The notes under the pieces: model-generated
Told to the model about the DNA's origin: nothing
The model's database searches: none
Seen by the model: the letters and a program-made list of their open reading frames with translations, nothing else
Program-made: the position numbers and the translations under genes
NCBI GenBank assembly: GCA_041749395.1
Contig: JBGTBJ010000096.1
Coordinates: forward strand, 111 to 64,110
Source: Pirellulaceae bacterium
GTDB lineage: Bacteria; Planctomycetota; Planctomycetia; Pirellulales; Pirellulaceae
Length of the DNA: 64,000 nucleotides
Reading direction: 5' to 3'
In this document: positions 38,187 through 49,978 of the stretch, piece by piece
How positions within the stretch are numbered: position 1 is the stretch's first letter
Layout: every line of letters begins with the position of its first letter

Positions 38187-40565
38187 TTAAACGGTCGCTT
38201 TGGAGTCCAGAGGATGAACTCTGAACTGACTTACGAGGCTATGCATTTCTTTTGCCAATGCACTTAGGTCTTCACCGGCAGTCCGGCTCTGATCTGCACC
38301 AGCAACTGTTTCTAGCAGTACTTCGTCAACTCGGGCCATACTTTGAGTAATTTCGCGGCTTGCCATTGCTGACTCGGAGACACCGCGAGCAACGACTTGG
38401 GCCATTTCGGAAGCGTTCACGACGTGCCCAGCGATTTGTTGGGTTGTAATGTTTTGCTCTTCCACGGCGGAAGCAATCATGCGGCTTAGTTCATTGACGC
38501 GGCTGACCACGGTACTGATTTCTTGAATCGAATGAACCGCTTGGCCAGTGCTATTTTGCATCGCTTCGATACGACCACGAATGTCGTCCGTTGCCGATGC
38601 GGTTTGCTTTGCCAATTCTTTAACTTCGGTGGCGACCACAGCGAAGCCTTTGCCAGCTTCCCCGGCACGAGCGGCCTCAATGGTTGCGTTTAGAGCGAGT
38701 AGGTTCGTTTGTTCGGCGATGTCTTGAATCACTTCAATGACTTTGCCAATTTCTTCTGCCGCTATTCCCATGTCGCCGACTTTCGCATTCGAGACTTCTG
38801 CCAGCGATGCAGCTTGACCTGCTACGTCGGCAGTACGCTCGGCGTTGTTAGCAATTTCAGCGATGGTGGCTCGCATTTCATCTACAGCCGTTGCAACGGT
38901 GCCGATGGAGTTGCTCATGTCTTCGGTGCTACGAGCGATAACTTCCATGTTGATGCTCAGTTCTTCTGCAGCACTGGAGACAGTGGCGGATTGAGCCTTC
39001 GATTTCGTGGCGCCACCGCTGAGGTGACCGGCTGCGTCGGCAAGCGAACGGCTGGCACCCGACAGCGTCACAACGTCGCCCGAGATCGAACGGACAATGT
39101 CGTGTGTGCGGCGAAGAAAGCGATTGAAGTAATTGGCCAGATCCCCAAATTCGGCCACTTGGTCTTCGTCCATTTGCTGAGTCAGGTCACCGTCACCTTC
39201 CGCAATGTTTTTCAGTGTTTTAACCGTTGCGTTGACGGGCTTCATTATTGAGTGGATGATCCACGTTGCCACAAAGAAGATAGCGATACCGGCCACAATG
39301 GCGGCGCCTACGCTGAACCCATACATTGCAGCTTGAACTCGCTTCGATCGCGCTTTCAGATCATTGACTGCGTCGAAAATGTCTTCTGTGCCAACTTCCG
39401 TAACGATTACCCATTTGAGTCTCAGCATGTCGATGGGAGCATATGCCGTGAGTACTTCCTTACCTTCATAATTCTTGGCACGAAGGCATCCAGAGCGTCC
39501 TTCGAGTGCGGCCGAAATGGCTTCGCTTTCGACTCGACCTGCTTTTCCCTTACGAAAGGACTTGACGACAGAGAATTCCTCAGCGTTATGAGCCGAATCA
39601 CTGCGGAGCAGATTGTCGGGGCCAACAACATAGGATTCGCCCGTCGCGCCCAGTCCGATGCTACGAGCCATATTCTCATTGATGCGGCTGATGGGCATTT
39701 GGTAAATCAGCACACCAACTTGTTTTCCGGCATCCACGATGGGGCTGGAGATAAAGCTGGCTGGTGCGTCATAGCTGGGCCAGTAGCTGGCAAAGTCAAC
39801 CAAGAACGTAGCACTGCTGTCAGTGGAATTTCGAGCCAGACGGAAGGCTTCGCCAATACCCGTTTGAGCGAAGGGGCCGTCGCTTAGGCTAGTACCGAAA
39901 TCAAGTTCCTTGAAGACGGAGTAGACAATTTTTCCCGACTCGCTATCCACCAAAAACACATCGTAATATCCGAACGTATCCACGAAGTTTCGCAATGTCG
40001 GATGAATCACTTTGTGAAGCGCGTCGTAGTTGGTGCCATTGTTGACACTGTCCAGTAGGTGTTTGCTTCCCAGAGGATTGGAATTCGAGCGAATGAAAGC
40101 ATGCTGTAGAGCGATACCGTCATCGGCCACTCGATCAATTCGCGAGGCTGTTTGAGGATCTGCATTCTCTGTCTGCTTTCGATACTCGGAAGCAAAGGGG
40201 CCGTCGTAATAGGCGCGGACATCAGAACGTAGCTTGGTGATATCTTCTGGGGTCAAGTTCAATTCTTCGCCATAGCTGGCAAAAGCCGAGCGGAAGTCTT
40301 GGACAGCGTCGACAACTTGACGATCATTGCTCATTGTGTGGATTTGATCAGAAATGAACTTGAAGTATTCCTGAATCGCATTCCCTTTTAGTTCCCGGAT
40401 TGCGACCAATTGAGACGAAGTATTGTCTTCGATAGCCGCGGCAGCGTCTTCAGTCAATTTTCGACATCCGGAACTGGCATTCCAAATATTGAGAGCTGAG
40501 ATTGCAACAAGTGGAACAAGACCGCAAAGGAAAAAGGCGGTTAATAAACGTCCGCGGAGTTTCAT
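38187..40565 (-). CDS. Methyl-accepting chemotaxis protein (TM-Cache-TM-HAMP-long MA domain)
   Basis: ORF 38187..40694, likely start 40565 (MKLRGRLL). Hairpin tip [27 protein letters not shown]. Periplasmic [23 protein letters not shown]. Confidence 0.95.
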   Translation of the reverse strand: MKLRGRLLTAFFLCGLVPLVAISALNIWNASSGCRKLTEDAAAAIEDNTSSQLVAIRELKGNAIQEYFKFISDQIHTMSNDRQVVDAVQDFRSAFASYGEELNLTPEDITKLRSDVRAYYDGPFASEYRKQTENADPQTASRIDRVADDGIALQHAFIRSNSNPLGSKHLLDSVNNGTNYDALHKVIHPTLRNFVDTFGYYDVFLVDSESGKIVYSVFKELDFGTSLSDGPFAQTGIGEAFRLARNSTDSSATFLVDFASYWPSYDAPASFISSPIVDAGKQVGVLIYQMPISRINENMARSIGLGATGESYVVGPDNLLRSDSAHNAEEFSVVKSFRKGKAGRVESEAISAALEGRSGCLRAKNYEGKEVLTAYAPIDMLRLKWVIVTEVGTEDIFDAVNDLKARSKRVQAAMYGFSVGAAIVAGIAIFFVATWIIHSIMKPVNATVKTLKNIAEGDGDLTQQMDEDQVAEFGDLANYFNRFLRRTHDIVRSISGDVVTLSGASRSLADAAGHLSGGATKSKAQSATVSSAAEELSINMEVIARSTEDMSNSIGTVATAVDEMRATIAEIANNAERTADVAGQAASLAEVSNAKVGDMGIAAEEIGKVIEVIQDIAEQTNLLALNATIEAARAGEAGKGFAVVATEVKELAKQTASATDDIRGRIEAMQNSTGQAVHSIQEISTVVSRVNELSRMIASAVEEQNITTQQIAGHVVNASEMAQVVARGVSESAMASREITQSMARVDEVLLETVAGADQSRTAGEDLSALAKEMHSLVSQFRVHPLDSKATV

Positions 40566-40641
40566 TTTAGAGGACCGAATTAGTTGGGCACACGAAGTGA
40601 TTGAAATTGAATAAGGGAATAGCGGTCGACGGCTTTGATGG

Positions 40642-41118
40642 TTAAGCGACTTGTGACGCGTCAGTTGCTGCAGTCGCCAGCGCGTGCGAGTCAAGGATTA
40701 CAACGACTGCTTCGTCACGTAGATGGACTCCACGAACGTAGCGACGATCTACTTGGCTCAAGTTGGGTGGACGTCGGCTGATCGCATCGGGAGAAATCGC
40801 CAGGATGTCGGAGACATGATCAACCAGCACGCCAACGCGTTCGCCACCGATGTTGAGGATCAGGTTGCGGCTCGTGCGCGAGCGATCGGGTGTCGTCAAT
40901 CCGAGGAGGCAATGCAAATCGAGTACGGTAACAACGTCACCGCGTAGATTAATGACACCACGTATTGAATTGGGAGCGCCAGGAACTGGAGTGAGTTCCA
41001 GTTGGCGATTGATTTCCTGGACGTGTTCAATCTCAACCCCTAGCAAGCAATCGCCGACACCGAAGGTGACCAACTGCAGCATGCTAGGGGCATGTTGATG
41101 AGGATGGTTGTTATCCAT
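40642..41118 (-). CDS. cheW: Chemotaxis coupling protein CheW
   Basis: [40 protein letters not shown] and GVLVDHV. Confidence 0.95.
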   Translation of the reverse strand: MDNNHPHQHAPSMLQLVTFGVGDCLLGVEIEHVQEINRQLELTPVPGAPNSIRGVINLRGDVVTVLDLHCLLGLTTPDRSRTSRNLILNIGGERVGVLVDHVSDILAISPDAISRRPPNLSQVDRRYVRGVHLRDEAVVVILDSHALATAATDASQVA

Positions 41119-41144
41119 AATGTTGTTCGCTTGGTAATGAGGTG

Positions 41145-44000
41145 CTAAGAGTTGTTTGATTTGGACTTGCTGGTGCCGATCAAGCGGGAGATCGAGCCTA
41201 GTAGTGCAGGCTTGTTCATTTTCACTTGATATTCGTTTACACCGACGCTGTGACCGCGTGCGATCGAAGCATCATCCGCTAGGCTCGTGAGGGCAATTAC
41301 TGGTAGCTTTTTAAAGCGTTCGTCAGCGCGGATGCGTTCTGTCAGACCGAAGCCATCAAGTCGCGGCATCTCGACGTCGGTGACAACCATGTCGATTCCC
41401 GGATTGCTTTGGAGGGCTTCCCATCCATATTCGCCATCTTCTGCTTCGAAAATTTCATAGCCCTCTTCGCGAAGGGTGCGAATCAAGAAGCTGCGAAAAA
41501 AGCCACTGTCTTCGCAAACGAGTACTTTGTTGCGATCGACGACGGGGCGTTTCTTTTTAAACTCTTCAAACCACTCAGGACGAAGGACTTCGCATAGACC
41601 GTAAAGATCTAATAAACGAGTTGTCCGTCCATCGACTACTGTCACGCCGGCAACACCCCGTTCATTACAGGCGTCTCCATCAATGTCGACGCGGCAGTGA
41701 CGAATATCTTCGAGTTGCGGAGCGATCAAGCCGATCTCGCGACCAAAGACTTGGAAGACGATAATGAATTGGCGACTACCTATTTCAGCAGGACCAACTT
41801 GAAGCGATTCCTCAATGCCAATCAGTGGCAGGGTCCCGCCGCGATATTGAAGGACTCTGCGACCACCAACGGCGTCGATTTGGTCGGCGCGAACCCGTTC
41901 GATACGACTGACAACATCCATTGAGACCGCAAAGCGATCGTTAGCCGAATGGCTAAGAAGTACCAGGCGGTGGTAATCTTCCGCTGCTTCAGCATTCGTA
42001 TCGTTTACAGTGTTTTCATCTGCTTCGTCGCTTTCGCTGGCCAACGATGCTTGGCTTGCGACGCCGGCCGCATCCAAGATCATGGCGACTCGACCATCAC
42101 CCAAGATGGTTGCGCCGGCGAGGAGTGATAGATGATTAAGATGACGTCCCAATGGTTTGACCACAATTTCTTCACTATCGAGTACTTGATCGACAGCCAA
42201 GGCAAAGCGAGTGGCACCCGACTCAATCACTACGACTTGGTCGGTATGGACCTCCGCGAGTTCTGCGTCAGTCGATTCGTGGACACCGAGAATATTGCGT
42301 AGGCGAACAAGCGGGATAAGGTTGCCGCGAAGCCGCAGCACCTCTGCGCCACTCACCCATTCGATTCGTTTTTCCTGTCCATCGGCACGGACAAGTTCGA
42401 CGATATTAGTTTGAGGCAAAGCGTAGCGGTGACCGGCCGAAGCAACGATCATGCTGGGGACGATGGCCAAGGTCAAAGGGAGCGTGATACGAATGGTGGT
42501 GCCCTTGCGGAACACCGAATCGATTTCGACGGAGCCCCCCAGTTTTTCAATATTGGTTCGCACTACATCCATGCCCACGCCCCGACCACTGACATCGGTA
42601 ATTTTTTCTGCGGTGGAGAAGCCTGGAGCGAAAATGAGGCAGAGCGATTCTCTGTTGGACATTGAATCGGCTTGTTCCGCCGTGATGACACCCTTTTCCA
42701 CTGCTTTGCGTCGCAGTGTCGCTGCATCCATTCCCGCGCCATCGTCAATAATTTCGATGACGACCTTGCCGGCTTGGTGACTGGCACGCAGGTTGACTAG
42801 GCCTTCATCCGGCTTGCCAGCGGCGCGTCGCACTTCGGGTTTTTCGATGCCATGATCGGCCGAATTGCGAATCAGGTGGGTGAGTGGATCGGCAATGGCT
42901 TCGACAATGGTTTTGTCGACTTCCACTTCGTTACCTTCCATTTCCAAGCGGACTTGTTTGCCCAGTTGGGAGGAGAGATCGCGAATAACTCGAGGGAATT
43001 TTCCAAACACATTTCCGATGGGTTGCATCCGAGTCTGCATGATGGTTTCTTGCAGTTCGGTGGTCACTTGATCGAGTCCTGCTGCGATGCTGTCCAAGGC
43101 AGCGGTGCGTGTCCGCGAGTTACCAATGGTGCGCAGCAATTGATTGCGGCTGAGTACCAGTTCGCCGGCCAAGTTCATGAGTCGATCAAGAACACGAACA
43201 CCGACGCGGATACTCGCTTCGGGAGTGGTTCGTTTCGAAGCGGCTTTGGCCGTAGCCTTGCGATGATCGTCGGCATGATCGGATTCGTGAGCCTGTTCCT
43301 GCTGGATTTCTTCGCCCACCGAGTGAACCGTCTGATCGACCGTTGTGATACAGTCGTCGGCCACTTCGATACCCGAGCGATTTTCTGTATCGAAGTCTGT
43401 CAGTGGATCATTATGAGCGGAGCAAGCCAGAGCAGCTTCCGCTTCATCGAGTCCGCTTGGATCGTCGGTTGAAAGGGGTGCTGGTGCTTTTGACTTGCGA
43501 GTGGCGGGGGTGCGAGGTTTGCGGGGTGCCTTGCCTTTCTTTTCGCTGGCTTTCGTCGGCTTGGCAGCGATGGGACCGGTTAGTACCGAAGGAGTGTTTC
43601 GAGCAGGCTTGCCCTTTGTTTCCTCTTCGAGAATCGCATCGATTCTGACAACTAGTTCCTTAACGTCTTCATCATTGCTTTCGCCAACATTTTCGTTGAG
43701 CGAGCGGAGCCGGTCGGCACCCTTGAGCAGCACATCGATATTGTAAGGATCTGGAATGATCTTATGCTCGCGGAATTTTCCGAGCACATTTTCCAAGCTG
43801 TGGGAAAGCCGATTAATGGTTTGCAAGCCCAGGAAACCGGCTGCTCCCTTGATGGAATGGATAGCGCGGAAGACCGTGTTGACCAAGTCGTCATCAAAAT
43901 CAGCGCCGAGGGCTTCGATCTGCAAGAGCTGTGCCTCGATATCAGCGAGGTGTTCGCGTGCTTCGTCGACAAACTCGATGACAAGCTGTTCTTCATCCAT
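41145..44000 (-). CDS. cheA: Chemotaxis histidine kinase CheA (Hpt, dimerisation, HATPase, two CheW-like domains, REC)
   Basis: FRAIHSIKGAAGF (Hpt His), HLIRNSADHGIE, DDGAG and SGRGVGMDVV. Two P5-like domains and C-terminal VVTDVEMPRLDG. Confidence 0.97.
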   Translation of the reverse strand: MDEEQLVIEFVDEAREHLADIEAQLLQIEALGADFDDDLVNTVFRAIHSIKGAAGFLGLQTINRLSHSLENVLGKFREHKIIPDPYNIDVLLKGADRLRSLNENVGESNDEDVKELVVRIDAILEEETKGKPARNTPSVLTGPIAAKPTKASEKKGKAPRKPRTPATRKSKAPAPLSTDDPSGLDEAEAALACSAHNDPLTDFDTENRSGIEVADDCITTVDQTVHSVGEEIQQEQAHESDHADDHRKATAKAASKRTTPEASIRVGVRVLDRLMNLAGELVLSRNQLLRTIGNSRTRTAALDSIAAGLDQVTTELQETIMQTRMQPIGNVFGKFPRVIRDLSSQLGKQVRLEMEGNEVEVDKTIVEAIADPLTHLIRNSADHGIEKPEVRRAAGKPDEGLVNLRASHQAGKVVIEIIDDGAGMDAATLRRKAVEKGVITAEQADSMSNRESLCLIFAPGFSTAEKITDVSGRGVGMDVVRTNIEKLGGSVEIDSVFRKGTTIRITLPLTLAIVPSMIVASAGHRYALPQTNIVELVRADGQEKRIEWVSGAEVLRLRGNLIPLVRLRNILGVHESTDAELAEVHTDQVVVIESGATRFALAVDQVLDSEEIVVKPLGRHLNHLSLLAGATILGDGRVAMILDAAGVASQASLASESDEADENTVNDTNAEAAEDYHRLVLLSHSANDRFAVSMDVVSRIERVRADQIDAVGGRRVLQYRGGTLPLIGIEESLQVGPAEIGSRQFIIVFQVFGREIGLIAPQLEDIRHCRVDIDGDACNERGVAGVTVVDGRTTRLLDLYGLCEVLRPEWFEEFKKKRPVVDRNKVLVCEDSGFFRSFLIRTLREEGYEIFEAEDGEYGWEALQSNPGIDMVVTDVEMPRLDGFGLTERIRADERFKKLPVIALTSLADDASIARGHSVGVNEYQVKMNKPALLGSISRLIGTSKSKSNNS

Positions 44001-44310
44001 TATGGATGCACCGATTCGATGGGGGAGTTAATGGGGATTTGCGTGCGGTAGGGGCCAGGTAGAGAGGGGCCTACTAGTAGGAAAGCCTAACTGGGAGAAA
44101 TTCAACAATACCTGACAGTACAACCCTAGGTTACGGGTTGCGTTCAGCTGGGAGTGGCAGAGGAGAAAAGCTCAAAAATTTTGGAGCTATGGATTATTTG
44201 GCTTGCGTGCGATTCGTGACCTAGTATTCCCGGTTGCCTATACACTCACTGCAATCCGTGAACGCCGACTGGAGCGAGTTGGCCGAGCGAATCAAGAGGA
44301 AGAAACGAGA

Positions 44311-44673
44311 ATGAATGTCTTGGTAGTCGATGATTCTGGCGTCATGCGCAAGATTATTGCCCGATCGCTGGCCGCGTTGGGGATAAACGACATTGAAGAG
44401 GCCGGTGATGGTCGTGAGGCCTTGGAGGTCTTTGGCGATGGAAGCGCTTTTGATTTGGTGATCACTGACTGGAATATGCCAGAAATGAATGGTTTGGAGT
44501 TGACCAAACAAATTCGTAGTGGTGGAAGCAAGGTTCCCGTGATGATGGTCACCACCGAATCAGAAAAAGAAAGCGTGTTGAAGGCCATTCAAGCTGGTGT
44601 TAATGACTACCTAGTGAAGCCCTTCGATAATGAAATGCTCAAGCTGAAACTCAATCGCTTGATCAAAGTCTGA
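44311..44673 (+). CDS. cheY: Single-domain response regulator CheY
   Basis: ORF 44203..44673, ATG 44311 after GAGGA. VLVVDDS, LVITDWNMPEMNG, MVTTE and YLVKPF. Confidence 0.92.
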   Translation: MNVLVVDDSGVMRKIIARSLAALGINDIEEAGDGREALEVFGDGSAFDLVITDWNMPEMNGLELTKQIRSGGSKVPVMMVTTESEKESVLKAIQAGVNDYLVKPFDNEMLKLKLNRLIKV

Positions 44674-44683
44674 CATCGGATCA

Positions 44684-45292
44684 TTGTCACATTCCTCAAA
44701 TTCATTACTTTCTAAGAGCGCGCATGCGTTCCCCAACAACATGCATCAATCCATCATTCAAGCTTTTATTTCCGCTACGACCGAAGTGTTTCGGACAATG
44801 GTTGGTCGTGAAGTGATCGCGGAAGCACCCTATGCAGTGTCTGCAGCCAATTGTGAAGAAGACCTTAGTGCCCTGATCGGGTTGTCCGGCGGTTTGCCCG
44901 GCACTGTGATCGTGGGCGTCGATAAATCGCTAGCGATTGATTTTACTGAAAGCGTGATTGGGCATACCACGACACAGATTGATGAAGAGGTGATTGATGC
45001 CGTGGGTGAGATCGCCAACATGATAGTGGGTGCTGCTAAGTGCAAATTGACCACCTATAAGTTGAGCATCTCTCTCCCGAGTGTCATTTGCGGTCGTGGA
45101 TTGACAGTCAATTTCCCGCGAGCGGTCAGGCCCGTTTGTATCCCTTTCCGTTGCGAAGGGAGCCGATTAACCCTGAGAATCGGCCTCTGCGACCCAGATG
45201 CCAGCACTGCGGAAGCAGAGGATTCTTTGGGCGTGCCCGTGCCGGTGTCCAACACGACGCGTGGGCCCGTTTTGGCATGTAATCAGAGGTGA
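44684..45292 (+). CDS. cheX: CheY-P phosphatase CheX
   Basis: LSALIGLSG, DAVGEIANMIVG and ISLPSVICG. Confidence 0.88.
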   Translation: MSHSSNSLLSKSAHAFPNNMHQSIIQAFISATTEVFRTMVGREVIAEAPYAVSAANCEEDLSALIGLSGGLPGTVIVGVDKSLAIDFTESVIGHTTTQIDEEVIDAVGEIANMIVGAAKCKLTTYKLSISLPSVICGRGLTVNFPRAVRPVCIPFRCEGSRLTLRIGLCDPDASTAEAEDSLGVPVPVSNTTRGPVLACNQR

Positions 45293-45426
45293 ATACCCCA
45301 GGGGGCGGTTTCCCCCTTCGACGTAGCACGTCCCGTTCGTCATAATCAGTTTGTAGCAGCAAGCTCGCACGGCTTGCCGACAATACACTCAACTGAACTG
45401 ACAACTTTGAAAAGCGGGTCGCACGG

Positions 45427-47136
45427 ATGAACGAAAATTCTTCTGCTAACAACGAACATGACGCCTTAGCAGCCAAGCAGAACTTTATTGAACAGGCAAT
45501 TGACGCCGACCTAGCCGCTGGGCGATTTTCTGCCGTAAAGACGCGGTTTCCCCCCGAACCCAATGGTTATCTGCACATTGGGCATGCGAAAAGCATCTGC
45601 TTGAATTTTGGCTTGGCCAAAACTTACGGCGGGACATGTAACTTGCGGTTTGACGATACCAATCCGACTAAAGAAGAGACGGAATACGTCGATTCAATCA
45701 TGGAGGATGTCCGCTGGCTGGGGTTCCAATGGGACAATCTCCATTATGCCAGCGATTACTTTGACCAGCTCTACGATTGGGCGGTTCAACTGATTCGTCA
45801 GGGGCAAGCCTATGTGTGTGATCTCAGTGGCGAGGATACACGCAAGTTTCGAGGCACTTTGACCGAAGCAGGGGTGAATAGCCCCTATCGAGATAGAAGC
45901 GTTGAAGAGAATCTCGACTTGTTCGCTCGTATGAAACAGGGAGAGTTTCTCGATGGAGCCCGCACATTGCGATCAAAAATCGATATGTCCGCGCCCAACA
46001 TGAACCTTCGCGACCCAGTGATGTATCGCATTCTGCATTCACATCACCACCGAACGGGCGACAAATGGTGCATTTATCCGATGTACGATTGGGCTCATGG
46101 ACAAAGCGATTCGTTGGAAGGGATTTCCTTCTCGATCTGTACTTTGGAGTTCGAAAATCATCGACCTCTGTACGATTGGTTTTGCCAGAGCCTAGCAATT
46201 TATCACCCGCGACAGATCGAATTTGCAAGACTGAATCTGACCTACACGGTGATGAGCAAACGCAAACTCCTACAACTCGTTCAAGAGAAACATGTGAACG
46301 GTTGGGATGACCCTCGCATGCCGACCATTTCCGGTCTACGGCGACGTGGCTACACGCCCGAGTCGTTGCGGAATTTTTGTGCTGATATCGGTGTGGCAAA
46401 ATTCAATAGCACGATCGATGTGATCAAGTTAGAGAATGCGATTCGAGACCATCTCAACCGTGTCGCGCCGCGTCGGATGGCGGTACTCGATCCTGTGAAA
46501 CTGACCATTACGAATTGGCCCGAGGGTCAAGTGGAAATGGTAGAGGCAGTCAATAATCCAGAGAATGAAGCAGAGGGAACACGATGGGTCCCCTTTAGCG
46601 GTTCACTTTACATCGAGCGAGAGGATTTTCGTGAAGAAGCACCGAAGAAGTTCTTTCGTTTGAAAAAAGGGGGCGACGTCCGGTTACGCGCTGCCTATGT
46701 GATCGACTGTTATGACGTGGTGAAGGATGCGGAGGGTGAAGTCGTGGAGATTCTCTGCACTTACGATCCAGAAACACGCAGCGGCAGCGGATCAAGTAGT
46801 CGCAAGGTGAAAGGAACCATTCACTGGGTCAGTTGTCCCCATGCAGTCGATGTCAACGTGCGAATTTACGATCGCCTGTTCAATGTCGAGCATCCTGATT
46901 CGGGCGCCGATGGCGGTTCTTTTCTAGACCATTTGAATCCGAATTCTGTGAGCACGGTCGCGGCAAAAGTCGAACCAGAGTTGGCTCAATTGGAAGTTGG
47001 GCAGCAAGTGCAATTTGAGCGACTGGGATATTTTGTTGTGGATCGTGATAGCACTGCCGAGTGTCGTGTTTTTAACCGGATCGTGTCCTTGCGAGATACT
47101 TGGGGTAATATGGAATCCAAAGGAAAGGTCAATTAG
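45427..47136 (+). CDS. glnS: Glutamine--tRNA ligase
   Basis: [40 protein letters not shown] and QFERLGYF. Confidence 0.97.
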   Translation: MNENSSANNEHDALAAKQNFIEQAIDADLAAGRFSAVKTRFPPEPNGYLHIGHAKSICLNFGLAKTYGGTCNLRFDDTNPTKEETEYVDSIMEDVRWLGFQWDNLHYASDYFDQLYDWAVQLIRQGQAYVCDLSGEDTRKFRGTLTEAGVNSPYRDRSVEENLDLFARMKQGEFLDGARTLRSKIDMSAPNMNLRDPVMYRILHSHHHRTGDKWCIYPMYDWAHGQSDSLEGISFSICTLEFENHRPLYDWFCQSLAIYHPRQIEFARLNLTYTVMSKRKLLQLVQEKHVNGWDDPRMPTISGLRRRGYTPESLRNFCADIGVAKFNSTIDVIKLENAIRDHLNRVAPRRMAVLDPVKLTITNWPEGQVEMVEAVNNPENEAEGTRWVPFSGSLYIEREDFREEAPKKFFRLKKGGDVRLRAAYVIDCYDVVKDAEGEVVEILCTYDPETRSGSGSSSRKVKGTIHWVSCPHAVDVNVRIYDRLFNVEHPDSGADGGSFLDHLNPNSVSTVAAKVEPELAQLEVGQQVQFERLGYFVVDRDSTAECRVFNRIVSLRDTWGNMESKGKVN

Positions 47137-47204
47137 CCGACTTGGTTGATTGCCAATCCCCGCCAGCACCTTCTCTTTCCTTCTCCTGATAGTAAAGACC
47201 CGCC

Positions 47205-47960
47205 ATGACCCAAGAAACAGTCGATGATTCCTTTCCTTCCGTTGAACCCTCTCCTACAGAAAGCACCGTTGAAGTATCGCCCGCATTCTGGTTGATCGGA
47301 TTGATATTGGCTGCGAGTGTTTCTTGGGGGATGCTCCACTATTGGCCCTTTCGATTCGAATTGCCGGCTGAGTTGATGGGAGGAACAGTGGCGAACAATC
47401 CCGAGCTCTCTGCACGCGCGGCAGAATTGGGGGCCAAGAATCTATTCAAAAATGGATTGGTCAGCTTGATCGGGGTGGCGCTGGCCTTTGGAGTGATTCC
47501 CGTGATTTGTTGTTGGGGAAAGGGGAGCGGGCGCCTGTTGCCCAGTTTGGCATTGGCGGTATTGCTGGGGATTGGCTGCGGTTTGTGCGCCAAGTATGCG
47601 GGGGATGCGGTGCGTGTTGCGTTTGCTCCTAGCGAAGCGGAAGCAGAATTGCTCGAACCGTCAATGTTGGGAGACATTTTGTCCTACGCGGCGATGAGTG
47701 CCCTGGTTGTCTTGCCAGCGGCAGCACTGTTTTTGCTCAGCGCCAGTCCCCGCAGTCGACAGAAATGGATCGCGGTACCGCTGGCTGGAGGTTTGGCGGG
47801 CGTCTTGCTACCGATCATCGTGCCATTCGCGTTTCCAACGCTAAGGACTGATACCATTCCACCAAAAGGGATGGTTTTGACAGCGCTGTGGTTGGTGATG
47901 CTGGTGGTGCTGGTGTTTGGATTAAGCGTGACCACCGGTTCCCGAGAGCGCAAAGCGTGA
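47205..47960 (+). CDS. Hypothetical multi-pass membrane protein
   Basis: 251-aa ORF with about 6-7 hydrophobic helices. No recognised motif. Confidence 0.65.
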   Translation: MTQETVDDSFPSVEPSPTESTVEVSPAFWLIGLILAASVSWGMLHYWPFRFELPAELMGGTVANNPELSARAAELGAKNLFKNGLVSLIGVALAFGVIPVICCWGKGSGRLLPSLALAVLLGIGCGLCAKYAGDAVRVAFAPSEAEAELLEPSMLGDILSYAAMSALVVLPAAALFLLSASPRSRQKWIAVPLAGGLAGVLLPIIVPFAFPTLRTDTIPPKGMVLTALWLVMLVVLVFGLSVTTGSRERKA

Positions 47961-48959
47961 GGGTGCATGTGGCCGGGAAAACCATTGTAGGATGCGGGTG
48001 TCCATCCAGTACCGTTGAGTGCCGCTTGCTAGAAAACCAACATGCCCTCCCCCGGCTGCTAAGTCGCATACCGTATTGGCGGGCCAAGTGACATTGTGGA
48101 AGCAAGTCGCTGGCACGATTGGATCGTCTTTGGCTGCCAAGACGAGGGTGGAGTAGGGATTGTCGCCAAGTTGGTGCAGGGATGACGATTGGTCGTAATA
48201 GTCAGTTGCGCTGGCAAATCCCGAAAGTGGCGCGGTGAGGCGATTATCCAGATCCCAGAGGGTCTTGGGCTGGGAGCGAAGATCGAGGGCCGCAAATGCG
48301 GCGCTCGATTGGACGCGTTGAGGAATGGATGTAAAAAGACTGCGGACAAAGTACCGATCGTAGGGGCGCATGGTCAGTCGCTGCATATTTCGAGAGCAAC
48401 GTTGCAGGTCGATGGGGGGCGCCACTGCAATGGCCGCATTAATCCGTTGCTTGGTCAGCGGTGTAGGCGTCAGTCGTCCATTACCGATTTCGCCGAGCAT
48501 TTTCAGCAATTGATTTCCACCCAACGAAATTCCCACGATCCATAGAGGGCCGGATTGGGTTCGCTCGGCTACCTCTTCCAACGCAGCCAGAATATCCGCG
48601 CTGCGACCGGCATGATTGACTCGCGTTGCCAGGTCCACTGCCGCCCCGCAACCTCGCATGTCAAGGCGAAAACATCGGACACCTCGAGCCAAAAAAGCAG
48701 CAGAAAGCCGCAGCATGTAACTGGCGCGATGAGAACCGCACAATCCGTGCACGATCATCAAAGAGGGAGAACCAGGCTGCCAACTCTCGGGGATACTATC
48801 GTGCAACATCAAGGCATCGCCATCCGCCAAGGGGACGGATGTGGGATGGGAGGGGAAGGAAATCTTGGGTGGGCGAAGCAAGGCAGTTGCTACTGTTTGC
48901 AAATGGCCTCCGCGAAGCAAAAAATGGGGTCGAAATGGCAGGGCGTCATGAGAAGACAT
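47922..48959 (-). CDS. YheT family alpha/beta hydrolase
   Basis: GGHLQT, VHGLCGS, RGCG, GISLGG nucleophile elbow, AKDDP and GGHVGF. Confidence 0.9.
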   Translation of the reverse strand: MSSHDALPFRPHFLLRGGHLQTVATALLRPPKISFPSHPTSVPLADGDALMLHDSIPESWQPGSPSLMIVHGLCGSHRASYMLRLSAAFLARGVRCFRLDMRGCGAAVDLATRVNHAGRSADILAALEEVAERTQSGPLWIVGISLGGNQLLKMLGEIGNGRLTPTPLTKQRINAAIAVAPPIDLQRCSRNMQRLTMRPYDRYFVRSLFTSIPQRVQSSAAFAALDLRSQPKTLWDLDNRLTAPLSGFASATDYYDQSSSLHQLGDNPYSTLVLAAKDDPIVPATCFHNVTWPANTVCDLAAGGGHVGFLASGTQRYWMDTRILQWFSRPHAPSRFALSGTGGHA

Positions 48960-49064
48960 GGATGAAGACCAAACGCGGGTGGCTCAAATCGGTTGTGGCG
49001 AGCATAATGCCCGCTTCCACAATGTCGATTGTCTTCATTTCACACAACCCACCTGACGAATTCC

Positions 49065-49967
49065 ATGAGTTTGCTTGTAGTCGGATCAGTCGCTTTTGAC
49101 AGTATTCATACGCCCACTGCTGAAAGAGAACGCGTATTAGGAGGATCGGCAGTCTATTTCTCCTATGCGGCTAGCTATTTTACCCCCGTCCGCTTGGTCG
49201 GAGTGGTTGGCGAGGATTGGCCAGAGCAGCACACAAAGATGTTGCAAGCTCGCCAAGTGGATACTGCCGGATTGCAAGTGGTAGCGGGCCAAAAAACTTT
49301 TTTTTGGAAGGGCAAGTACCTTCCCAATATGAACGATCGTGAAACGTTGGAAGTGGAACTGAATGTATTTGGGGATTTTGATCCGCATGTACCGGAAGCG
49401 TTTCGAGATAGTCGTTATGTCTTCTTGGCCAATGGTTCTCCAGTTGTTCAAGCCAAGGTGTTAGACCAAGTCAAGAATCCGGCATTAGTCGTTGCCGATA
49501 CGATGGATTTGTGGATTCAGACGCAGCACGCCGACTTGGTAAAGTTGCTGAAGCGAATCGATGGGTTGGTGATCAACGACAGCGAAGCCAAGTTGTTGAC
49601 CGAGGAAGAAAATCTGGTGGCTGCGGGTCAAAAAATTCGCACCATGGGTCCGCGCTTTGTGATCGTGAAGAAAGGGGAGCACGGCGCCATGTATTTTGGA
49701 GAAGATGGGGTCTTCACGTTGCCGGCCTATCCCACTGCGGTCGTGGTCGATCCAACAGGAGCGGGGGACAGTTTTGCAGGTGGGATGATGGGTTACATCG
49801 CTTCGCAAGGAAAGCATGATGTGGCCACAATCAAGCGTTCATTGGCATATGGAACTTTGGTCGCCAGCTTCAATGTCGAGGACTTTAGTTTGGAAAGGAT
49901 GCAGCGAATCGAGCGCCCACAATTGGACGATCGCTTAGCCACCTATCGCGACATGTTGACCATCTAA
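49065..49967 (+). CDS. PfkB family carbohydrate/nucleoside kinase
   Basis: ORF 49029..49967, likely start 49065. LVVGSVAFD, GGSAVYFS, VKKGEHGA and DPTGAGDSFAGG. Confidence 0.92.
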   Translation: MSLLVVGSVAFDSIHTPTAERERVLGGSAVYFSYAASYFTPVRLVGVVGEDWPEQHTKMLQARQVDTAGLQVVAGQKTFFWKGKYLPNMNDRETLEVELNVFGDFDPHVPEAFRDSRYVFLANGSPVVQAKVLDQVKNPALVVADTMDLWIQTQHADLVKLLKRIDGLVINDSEAKLLTEEENLVAAGQKIRTMGPRFVIVKKGEHGAMYFGEDGVFTLPAYPTAVVVDPTGAGDSFAGGMMGYIASQGKHDVATIKRSLAYGTLVASFNVEDFSLERMQRIERPQLDDRLATYRDMLTI

Positions 49968-49978
49968 GGTACTTCATC

